Positions 38,551-46,880 of a DNA stretch of 64,000 bases are shown in pieces; the stretch's first letter is position 1, and every line of letters begins with the position of its first letter. The position numbers were made by a program, and so were the translations under genes. This DNA is from a bacterium (GTDB taxonomy: Bacteria; Bdellovibrionota_C; UBA2361; SZUA-149; JAGRAN01): the NCBI GenBank assembly GCA_030431555.1, contig JAUIIP010000001.1:2062-66061 (forward strand), written 5' to 3'. The notes beneath the pieces are model-generated. The model was not told the origin of the DNA, searched no databases, and saw only the letters and a program-made list of their open reading frames with translations.

Positions 38551-40353
38551 TTAGCAGCTTGTTCCCGTACAGATATCCGTAAAATCACCGAAGCGCGCAG
38601 TACCAGCTATTGCTTCGGACATATTCTGCGAAGCCACATTCGCCGCAACAGCCGCCGCCATATCAGCCTGCTTTCTGCGGTCTCGGGCAATCGTGGCTTC
38701 GGTGATCGCCTGCACTGCGGCGCGGTCGGATGCTGTGTCCGCCTTTGCCATATCGATCGTGCGATCGACGCGCTCGATCAAAGTCCAGAACATTCTACGG
38801 TCGTTCGGTGTCATTCTGAGGTTCAGCACGTCATGATTTGCCAAAAGCACTTTGGTTCGCTTGTGCAACTTTTCAAACGCAGACGCGGCAGAGGCGTCAG
38901 CAAAGTTCTGCAGCCACCTCGACAATCGACCTTCAGGGTCCTCGCTGCACTCAAGTGGTTCTTCTGTTCCGTCTTGAAGCATAAGCGCTGACTTTTTTAT
39001 CGCGGGAGTTACCAGCGTTCCGGCCGAAGCCTCAATCCATGCTCGTTTCTCATGGTCTGTGAACGTGTCCCAGGGAGCGTCTTTCATCCTAAGTACGTGG
39101 ACCATCCCCTCCTTAATTCCAAAACTCGTGGCCATTCCGGTAAAGGGACAGGTGATCGACTGATAGTTCGGCTTATGTGGGGGGCTGCAGGCCTGCCCGT
39201 TGCTTTTTTGCCCGGCGACCGTAGGCACACAATTAGTTGTACACATGCAGCCGTCTCGCAGGGCGCGTATTTTGTCTGAAACAGTAAACTTGGGCCAGAT
39301 AAAGTGATAGCCGTTCTTGTCGACTACTATGTCGCCGTACATCTCTTTAATAAAAGTAGCGAACTTGATTATCTCTTGCGACCCGTTGGTCGTTTGGATT
39401 GCTTTTACACCGTGGAAATATCGGTCTACTAGACTCCATTTGGTGGGTGGCTGACTCCCGTTAATCCCCTCGACTCCGGACGAAATGGTCGCATGCGCAG
39501 CTTGCTGAACGCAGCAGACACACCAGCCGTACCGCAGATTTTCGTCAGTCGGCAAAGTGCCGCACTCTGTTGCGCAGTTACTCGGATCCAAATCGCTGAA
39601 GCGGCCTTGAGTCATTACAGGGCCGCTATTAGCATTCGGTGTATTCAAGCAGGCCTGCATTTTCTCATCGGCGTCTACATACAACTGACTTCTATGCGGA
39701 TTAGCGATCCGTGAGTTGGTCCAGCTGATTTGCTTAAGCAACAGACTGTGAGTTTCTTGATTAACCTGTGCCTCAGTGGTCGCCAGACCGGCTGCCACCG
39801 TTTTATCCAAATATGAAAGCGTAAGCGTTGCTACACCTCGAATCGTCTTAAATAGATCAAGATAGTCGTCGCGCTTCTTTTCATTCTCGGCGACTCCCAA
39901 CTTAATTTTTTGCAGAGGCTGGTAGACAGCCATTGTAGCGCGAGTGATTTCATCATCCGTGCTGACGGATTGAACCTGGCTTCTGGGATCCGGTTGAGGA
40001 ATTTCACCTGCCGCTACCAGCGCCTGCAAGTTCGGCACGTTGTCGCCAATCCACTGACCGTAGTTCTCTTCTCTAAGTTTCGGGTACTTTCGGGATTTAT
40101 AATCGAAGAGGATCGGAGTTGCTTTGTAACCGTGATTGAGTGTGGAGTCGCCGCCATAAGCATCGCCGAGCGCGTTTGCTCCAAAGCTCTGCACCCAGTC
40201 TTCCATCATGATTTGGGCGCCTTTGTCGGTGCCTTCAATATTGCTTTGCGCTGCGGAGGCAACCGGCAAACACAAAAGCACCAATAGGGTGGAATACCTG
40301 CGAGAGAAATAGAGTAATCTGAGCGCGGCGCGCGAAATTCGGATCCCTAACAT
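38551..40353 (-). CDS. Secreted Cys-rich protein, TraH-like (paralog B)
   Basis: AAGGAG SD; signal peptide; near-identical core to 40505-42370. Confidence 0.8.
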   Translation of the reverse strand: MLGIRISRAALRLLYFSRRYSTLLVLLCLPVASAAQSNIEGTDKGAQIMMEDWVQSFGANALGDAYGGDSTLNHGYKATPILFDYKSRKYPKLREENYGQWIGDNVPNLQALVAAGEIPQPDPRSQVQSVSTDDEITRATMAVYQPLQKIKLGVAENEKKRDDYLDLFKTIRGVATLTLSYLDKTVAAGLATTEAQVNQETHSLLLKQISWTNSRIANPHRSQLYVDADEKMQACLNTPNANSGPVMTQGRFSDLDPSNCATECGTLPTDENLRYGWCVCCVQQAAHATISSGVEGINGSQPPTKWSLVDRYFHGVKAIQTTNGSQEIIKFATFIKEMYGDIVVDKNGYHFIWPKFTVSDKIRALRDGCMCTTNCVPTVAGQKSNGQACSPPHKPNYQSITCPFTGMATSFGIKEGMVHVLRMKDAPWDTFTDHEKRAWIEASAGTLVTPAIKKSALMLQDGTEEPLECSEDPEGRLSRWLQNFADASAASAFEKLHKRTKVLLANHDVLNLRMTPNDRRMFWTLIERVDRTIDMAKADTASDRAAVQAITEATIARDRRKQADMAAAVAANVASQNMSEAIAGTARFGDFTDICTGTSC

Positions 40354-40504
40354 CGTTAACAGCTCTCCTTAAGCTATCAACGACGACGCCGCGTTGCTAA
40401 AGTTCAGTATTACCCCGTGTATCTCACGTTATGCGGGGAAGACCACGGCATGTTGCCTTTATTTGCGTAGCTGCTTTACTAAGCCTCCGGCAATATGCGG
40501 TTAT

Positions 40505-42370
40505 TCAGCAGGTTGTACCAGTGCAAATGTCCGTAAAATCGCCAAAGCGAGCCGTTCCGGCAATTGCCTCAGACATGTTCTGCGAGGCAACGTTTGCCGC
40601 GACTGCTGCGGCCATGTCGGCTTGTTTTCGGCGGTCGCGCGAGATTGTAGCATCGGTAATTGCCTGAACTGCTGCGCGATCAGACGCTGTATCGGCTTTG
40701 GCCATGTCGATAAAGCGGTCGACTCGCTCAATCATCGTCCAAAACATCCGCCTGTCGTTAGGCGTCATCCGCAGGTTAAGCACATCGTGATTAGCAAGCA
40801 GAGCCTTGGTCCGGTAGTGCAGCTTTTCAAACGCCGACACTGCAGAAGCGTCGGAGAAATTTAGCAGCCAGCGCGCCAGCTTGCCCTCAGGATCCTCGTT
40901 GCACTCCAGCGGCTCCTCAGTTCCGTCCTGAAGCATAAGCGCGGCTTTTTTAACCGCCGGCGTTACCATCGTTCCCATCGAAGCCTCCACCCACGAACGC
41001 TTTTCGTCATCAGTCATTGTATCCCAAGGCGCATCCTTCATTCGCAGCACGTGAATCATTGCCCGCTTGACGCCAAAGCTGGATGTCATTCCAGTAAAGG
41101 GGCACACAAGTGTGCTGGTAGTTGGCAGCGGCGGACTACAGGGTTGTCCGGCACTCGGCTGCCCGGGAACAACCGAGCAGCCTGTAGGACACAAGCAGCC
41201 GTCTCGGATCGCGCGAATCTTGTCTGAGATAGAAAACTCAGGCCATCTAAAGTGATATCCGTTCTTGTCGACTACGACATCGCCATACATCTCTTTAATG
41301 AACTTGGCGAAATCAAGGATTTGATCGACTCCGGGCGACGCTTGGACTGCTTTTACTCCGTGGAAATAGCGGTCAACCAAGCTCCACTGTTTGGGATGAT
41401 TCAGACCAGTAATTCCGTCGACGGCGGGCGTAATTGACGCATGACTCCCCTGCTGCACACAGCACACACACCAACCATAGCGCAGCGAAGCATCAGGCGG
41501 CATCACGCCGCACTCAGCGAGGCAATTGCTGGGGTCAAAATCACTAAAGCGGTCAAGCAGCATCTGCGGGCCGGGCTGCGGCCCCGAAGCCCCAAGCGTG
41601 TTCAGGCAGACTTGAACCTTCTCATCGGCGTCTACGTAAATCTGGCTGCGCTGCGGATTGGCGATACGCGAATTGGTCCAACTAATTTGCTTAAGCAGCA
41701 AATTCTGCGTTTCCTGATTTACCTGTGATTCAGTAGTCGCCAGCCCGGCAGCAATAGTTTTGTCTAGATAACTCAAAGTCAGGTTAGCCACCCCTCGCAG
41801 CGTTCCAAAGAGGTTTAGATAGTTGTCGCGCTTCTTGGCATTCTCAGCGACGCCTTGCTTTATTCTATGCAGCGGTTGGTAAACGGCCATCGTAGATCGC
41901 GTAATTTCATCATCCGTACTGAGTGACTGAACTAGACTATTTGGATCAGGCAGCGGATACTCGCCGGAACTCACCAAGTTGTTCAAATCAGGAACATTAT
42001 CAATTGCGGTAGAGCGCTCACGCAGTTTTGGATATTTGCGTCGCGCAGTTATGCCGCTCGCATTCCAGTTCTCGTCAGTGTAGTTGTCAAAAAGTATCGG
42101 GGTCCTTTTGTAACCGTGGTTCAGCGTCGAGTCCCCGCTGTACGCATCAGCTATCGCGTTAGCATCGTAAGCATCAACCCAGCCGTCCATCATCACCGCG
42201 GCACCCTCGTCCGTTCCCTCGACCTGGGCGAAGGCTGCTGACGGAGCGAGGCCAAATGCAAACAGGAACAACAGCCGTTTGACTCTGGTACTGACGAAAG
42301 CCAGGCTTCGGAAATAGTTGTGAGTATTGTCGAACCGAGTGCCGGAACGGCGGTTTCTTGTGACACGCAT
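40505..42370 (-). CDS. Secreted Cys-rich protein, TraH-like (paralog A)
   Basis: AAGGAG SD; signal peptide ending AFA; near-identical core to 38551-40353. Confidence 0.8.
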   Translation of the reverse strand: MRVTRNRRSGTRFDNTHNYFRSLAFVSTRVKRLLFLFAFGLAPSAAFAQVEGTDEGAAVMMDGWVDAYDANAIADAYSGDSTLNHGYKRTPILFDNYTDENWNASGITARRKYPKLRERSTAIDNVPDLNNLVSSGEYPLPDPNSLVQSLSTDDEITRSTMAVYQPLHRIKQGVAENAKKRDNYLNLFGTLRGVANLTLSYLDKTIAAGLATTESQVNQETQNLLLKQISWTNSRIANPQRSQIYVDADEKVQVCLNTLGASGPQPGPQMLLDRFSDFDPSNCLAECGVMPPDASLRYGWCVCCVQQGSHASITPAVDGITGLNHPKQWSLVDRYFHGVKAVQASPGVDQILDFAKFIKEMYGDVVVDKNGYHFRWPEFSISDKIRAIRDGCLCPTGCSVVPGQPSAGQPCSPPLPTTSTLVCPFTGMTSSFGVKRAMIHVLRMKDAPWDTMTDDEKRSWVEASMGTMVTPAVKKAALMLQDGTEEPLECNEDPEGKLARWLLNFSDASAVSAFEKLHYRTKALLANHDVLNLRMTPNDRRMFWTMIERVDRFIDMAKADTASDRAAVQAITDATISRDRRKQADMAAAVAANVASQNMSEAIAGTARFGDFTDICTGTTC

Positions 42371-42560
42371 TGCTGACAGCTCCTTTAGCTATCAACAACA
42401 ACGTAACGATTTCTCCCTCAGGAAGTTCCCCTTCCTACCTAAAGTTATGAGCACTGATTCGGCTAGCGTTGCCTTAATTTAAGACGCAGGCGATAAGTGA
42501 CTGTAATCACATCCCAATCGCTGACGTCCCAGCAGTCACCCTCCCATACTTGATTAAACT

Positions 42561-42917
42561 GCTAGGAGATTATATCTTTATCTCTAGCTTGCAGACTTCG
42601 GGAGTCTGGAAGCACGTCGTAGTCGGTTGTTCCTTACAACCGAATAAACTGCTGCCGCGTCGGGCTGCAGGCCGCCTCCGATCATCGAGGCTGTGTATTC
42701 CCAATCAGAGTTAGAAACAGCGTCGTCCTTTGCTGCTGCTCTGCGCTGCAGTTAAGGGCGACCCAGCACCAAGGTTCACACTCCGGAACCTGCTCTGCCA
42801 CGCAGGCGGAAGCGTTGAGGTGCAGCCTCAACGCTTCCGCCTCACCGAGGCTGAGCAACAGTACTGTTTTTTCACAGCCGGCTTGCCCGGCAACACATTC
42901 TTTCCGGAGATTTTTCT
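42561..42917 (+). promoter_or_regulatory. Long hairpin-rich 5' leader of the lysine aminotransferase gene
   Basis: At least six stems, including a perfect 17-bp stem aggcggaagcgttgagg/cctcaacgcttccgcct at 42804-42842. Confidence 0.55.
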
Positions 42918-44288
42918 ATGACTAAGTCTTACTCACCAGTGGACTACTACCCGAGCTCGCAAGAGCAAGTAATCGGCAACATTGAGCTGATCGGTCAAAC
43001 ACCAGAGGCAGGCATCACATTCAGTCCGGAGCAAAGCTTCGGCTGCATGATGTATGTTCTCGGAGATCCGGTTACCGGTCGGCACAATAAGCGTCACGTG
43101 CTCGACATGGCTGGACATGTGGCAAGTATGCTTCTTGGCTACAACCACCCGGCTTTGATGAGCGAAGACGTATCGAACGAACTTGCACTTGCAGCAAGGT
43201 GCCGCTTTGCCAGCGGCGACTTCGGCACACCCTTTCGCGGCATGCTTGGCCCGGTCTTTCAGCGAACCGTAATGCGCAACTATTATACTCACAGCATCTT
43301 CTTCACAGAGGGTGCTCGTGCGGTGGAGTGCGCATGCAAAATCGGCTTTTACTGCCGTCAAGATGACGTTTCGCTGAACTTGGAGAAAGAAGGTCGCTGG
43401 CTTACGCCGCAGACAGGCTTTCACGGCCGCAGTGTCTTGGCACTGTCGCTGACAAAGTCATACGACCTTCGCAAGCACCACAACATGCCTGTGATGGATT
43501 GTGTTGAACGAGTAGCTTGCCCAACTATTGGCGAACGGGAGAATCCTGAAGATCTTCGTGCTCGAGAAGACGAAGCGCTTTACGACATCGACCAGAAGAT
43601 GAAAGCTCTTGGCGAGCGATTCATTGGTTTTGTCATGGAGCCAATGCTCGGCGAGGGTGGTTATCAGTTCTACTCGGCGCGCTTTCTTCAGGAACTCGAG
43701 TCACTGATTCGCAAGTATCGCGGAATATTCATCATTGATGAAATCCAAACTGCTTTTGCTTGCGGACGAGTTTTTCTCCACGAGGCGTACGATGTCACTC
43801 CCGATCTGGTTGTTTTCGGCAAGAAGTTCGGAATGAGTGGAGTGCTCTCAACAGAGCAGTTTACTCAAAACTATCCGTGGCATCCGCTGGCTAAGCCCGA
43901 GTCGCGAGTAAGCTCGACTTGGTCGGGCGATCCGGTCGCGGACGTCAGGCTGCGTGCAATGCTCGAATTCCTTGAGACGAGCAAAGTGATGCAGCTCAGT
44001 ATCGGACTCGGTTCCTTATTGCGTGACGGCCTTGAGCGAATTCGCAATTCGGAGGTCGGACGCAGGATGCTCAGCCACGTTAGAGGCGACGGTTTGCTCG
44101 CCGCAGTTGACGTGTCTGACGCGCAAACGCGCAGCAAGCTGATAAACGCCTGCCTCGAGAATGACTTGCTCGTGGTTGGCTGCGGCTTTCGCTCTATTCG
44201 CTTTTGTCCGCCAATTACAATCACGCAAAAGGAGATTGCACTTTGCCTTGAGCGTTTTGAGCGGGCAGTAAGGTCACTAGCCGCGTAG
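42918..44288 (+). CDS. lat: Class III PLP aminotransferase, L-lysine 6-transaminase-like
   Basis: AS..LGYNHP, GA.AVE.A.K, FHGRS..ALSLT, EP..GEGG, DEIQT, VFGKK, R.SSTW.G. Confidence 0.8.
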   Translation: MTKSYSPVDYYPSSQEQVIGNIELIGQTPEAGITFSPEQSFGCMMYVLGDPVTGRHNKRHVLDMAGHVASMLLGYNHPALMSEDVSNELALAARCRFASGDFGTPFRGMLGPVFQRTVMRNYYTHSIFFTEGARAVECACKIGFYCRQDDVSLNLEKEGRWLTPQTGFHGRSVLALSLTKSYDLRKHHNMPVMDCVERVACPTIGERENPEDLRAREDEALYDIDQKMKALGERFIGFVMEPMLGEGGYQFYSARFLQELESLIRKYRGIFIIDEIQTAFACGRVFLHEAYDVTPDLVVFGKKFGMSGVLSTEQFTQNYPWHPLAKPESRVSSTWSGDPVADVRLRAMLEFLETSKVMQLSIGLGSLLRDGLERIRNSEVGRRMLSHVRGDGLLAAVDVSDAQTRSKLINACLENDLLVVGCGFRSIRFCPPITITQKEIALCLERFERAVRSLAA

Positions 44289-44323
44289 CAACAGCGAGCA
44301 GAGTAGGCTTGCTTAGCAGCAAG

Positions 44324-44349
44324 GGGTTGCGAACACTTGTTCGCAACCC
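44324..44349 (+). terminator. Hairpin downstream of lat
   Basis: gggttgcgaac-actt-gttcgcaaccc perfect stem. Confidence 0.55.
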
Positions 44350-44467
44350 GCAGCTGCCTTCTTAGATTACGAAAGGTTGATGCTGGGTCGTTCCTGCTTA
44401 TTTCAGCTGCAATATTATCTAGAACGCGCTTTACTACTGCAATGAATGAGACACCTGGAGCGCGAAA

Positions 44468-45988
44468 ATGAAATCTCGTTTTACGCCGTGGCTTGGCCAC
44501 CCCGCAGGACTTAAAACACTGTTCTTCACAGAGGCTTGGGAACGTTTCTCGTTCTACGGAATGCGCGCGCTTCTAGTGCTATACCTTACGGACAAAAGCA
44601 GCGGACTTGGAATGACCAAGGACGACGCACTGCTGATTTACGCGACTTACACCGGGCTCGTTTATCTGACACCACTACTGGGCGGTTGGCTTTCAGACCA
44701 TTACTTAGGGCAAAGAATTTCTGTTTTGGTAGGTGCCGTCGTCATGGCGGCCGGCCATTTTGCGATGGCTTTTGAAACTTTGTTTGAAACCGGACTAGGC
44801 CTGCTCATCGTCGGGAACGGGTTTTTTAAGCCGAATGTCTCCACGATGGTCGGAGGATTATACGAAGACGGCGATGAAAGAAAGGACTCCGGCTACACCG
44901 TCTTTTATATGGGAATTAATCTCGGAGCTTTTTTTTCACCGTTAGTATGCGGAACATTAGGCGAGACGATTGGATGGCACTGGGGCTTCGGAGCGGCTGG
45001 AGTCGGAATGCTAATCGGGCTGCTTTGGTTTCTCGCCAAAGAGCAGACTCTCGGCTCAGCAGGACTGCCGCCCTTTCGAGGTGCTTCGCGAAAGAATTCG
45101 CCGATGCTGACTTCAGCAGATAAGCTGCTTGCAGCAGGTCTATCTATCCTGGCAATTGCGGTAGTTGTTCTCGCGTTATTAGCCAAACCCTTCCTCGCGC
45201 TAGTTTGGAATATGCCGCTGCTAATCCCGGAAGACACAAACGAACTTTGGCGAATCGCGTGGCGGCTGCTGCTGATCTGCGCTTTGATTTGGGCGCTGAA
45301 TAACCTCGGCAAAGGCAAACTCGCAGAACCTCTATCAAGAGAGGAGAAGGACGGCTTGATAATGGTTGGGATCACAACGCTTGCGATGGCAATTTTTATC
45401 GTAGGTTTGGAGCAAGCCGGCGGCACACTCAATCTTTTCGCCAAAGAACGCACCGAATTGAGTTTTTTGGGAGTTGATATCCCCGCGACATTTTTTCAGA
45501 GCGTCAATCCCGCCTGGATCATAATTCTTGCGCCGATGTTTGCAGGAATGTGGTCTGGTCGTTTTCGACATATGTCCAGCATTCGCCGTCAAGCCTACGG
45601 CTTGATGATATTAAGTGTAGCTTTCGTAGTCATGTTCGCAGCGCAGCAAAGGTCCGATGCGCTTCTCGCCTCTGGGTCAGAGGCGAGAATCTCGCCGCTT
45701 TGGCTCGTTGCAGTTTACTTTTTCATCACGGTCAGCGAGCTTTGCATCTCGCCCGTCGGACTTTCTGTAGTTCAGAAACTGTCGCCACGGCGCATGGTGA
45801 GTATGATGATGGCTACCTTCTTTGCAGGCGTGTTCGTCGCCAACTATCTGGCGGGAACACTCGAACAAATCCTTCGAGCCTGGGATATTAACCTCTGGGT
45901 TTTTCTCTTCGCTTTTCCTCTTAGCTGTGGAGTCTTGTGGTGGCTCTTGACGCCCTGGGCACGCAAGCTCTCACACGGCAAGGATTAA
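44468..45988 (+). CDS. POT/PTR proton-dependent oligopeptide transporter
   Basis: E.WERFSFYGMR, GNGFFKPN, FYMGINLG, FQSVNP, ELCISPVG. Confidence 0.96.
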   Translation: MKSRFTPWLGHPAGLKTLFFTEAWERFSFYGMRALLVLYLTDKSSGLGMTKDDALLIYATYTGLVYLTPLLGGWLSDHYLGQRISVLVGAVVMAAGHFAMAFETLFETGLGLLIVGNGFFKPNVSTMVGGLYEDGDERKDSGYTVFYMGINLGAFFSPLVCGTLGETIGWHWGFGAAGVGMLIGLLWFLAKEQTLGSAGLPPFRGASRKNSPMLTSADKLLAAGLSILAIAVVVLALLAKPFLALVWNMPLLIPEDTNELWRIAWRLLLICALIWALNNLGKGKLAEPLSREEKDGLIMVGITTLAMAIFIVGLEQAGGTLNLFAKERTELSFLGVDIPATFFQSVNPAWIIILAPMFAGMWSGRFRHMSSIRRQAYGLMILSVAFVVMFAAQQRSDALLASGSEARISPLWLVAVYFFITVSELCISPVGLSVVQKLSPRRMVSMMMATFFAGVFVANYLAGTLEQILRAWDINLWVFLFAFPLSCGVLWWLLTPWARKLSHGKD

Positions 45989-46003
45989 CTCTCAGGCGCT
46001 CGC

Positions 46004-46501
46004 TTAAACAAACGGATTTACATCAGCGGTAGGACCGTAACACGAAGGAACGGGCACACCGAGAAGCCGTAAGTAAACAGTGAGCTGTCCCCGGTGATGA
46101 TATATATGATTCAACAGAAAGCTTCGCACAGCGGCTATCCGGGGCAGCTCCATAATTATCTTGTCGCCGTCCGTGAACTTCCAGACGCCCATCGCCTTCT
46201 CCTCCGACCAGCTCGACAAGGTGTCGCAAACAAGCTGAAGATTATTATCATGCAGCGCCGCCAGTTCATCACTGGAAGTCGGGGCGGCGGGAGTTTGCCT
46301 CATTTCGCTCCTGTCAAAAGTATCTCGGCTTAGGATCTCCGACATGCCCGCCATAAGCTGCACTACGTGCATTGCGAGCTCGCCAGCCGGCATCGACTTT
46401 TCGTGAGGCCTCCAATCGTATTTGTCCTGAGAGATCGCTCGCAGCACCCTGCGCGTAGCCTCCGATTCCGCTTGAAGCTCGGCAATTATTTCTTTAATCA
46501 T
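46004..46501 (-). CDS. DinB family protein
   Basis: WRPHEKSM..GELA.H, NHIYHHRGQLTVYLR. Confidence 0.93.
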   Translation of the reverse strand: MIKEIIAELQAESEATRRVLRAISQDKYDWRPHEKSMPAGELAMHVVQLMAGMSEILSRDTFDRSEMRQTPAAPTSSDELAALHDNNLQLVCDTLSSWSEEKAMGVWKFTDGDKIIMELPRIAAVRSFLLNHIYHHRGQLTVYLRLLGVPVPSCYGPTADVNPFV

Positions 46502-46640
46502 TGACGTGTCCTCTTAAAGGAAATGTTATCTGCCGCAGGTAACATGCCCTACACCTGACCTGGCGCAAAGTACTTGTAAAGTAAGCAGTAAATTTGTAGA
46601 TAAAGGGTGGTTGACCCTTCGATCACCTGCTGAGGAGCGT

Positions 46641-46880
46641 ATGCGCAAAGCATTCACAATATTCGTAATCTGTCTTTTCTGCTCGAGTTTAACTGCCTGC
46701 AGCAAGAAGTGGGGAATTCCCGATCCGGGCGGCAACCTCTGGACTACCAAGAAGCGCTCCCACTCGACCTCCAGCGCTCCCAAAACGACCACTAAATCTA
46801 GCGCCAGTTCAAGCGTTAAGGAGGAAGAGGACGAGGCACCGTCATCACTTACGGGAGCGGTCCGACCCTCTGCTAATTAG
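46641..46880 (+). CDS. Small lipoprotein
   Basis: GAGGAG SD; lipobox LTAC; Ser/Thr-rich tail; stop abuts kinase start. Confidence 0.65.
   Translation: MRKAFTIFVICLFCSSLTACSKKWGIPDPGGNLWTTKKRSHSTSSAPKTTTKSSASSSVKEEEDEAPSSLTGAVRPSAN

Noticed and set aside
38551..42370. Paralog pair as template/variable repeats of a diversity-generating retroelement
   Set aside because: Differences are mostly synonymous and not adenine-specific, both copies are full ORFs, and no reverse transcriptase is in the window
42561..42917. Canonical lysine riboswitch, tmRNA, RNase P or SRP RNA
   Set aside because: I could not find their hallmark conserved sequences; only a GAGGTGC word inside a perfect hairpin
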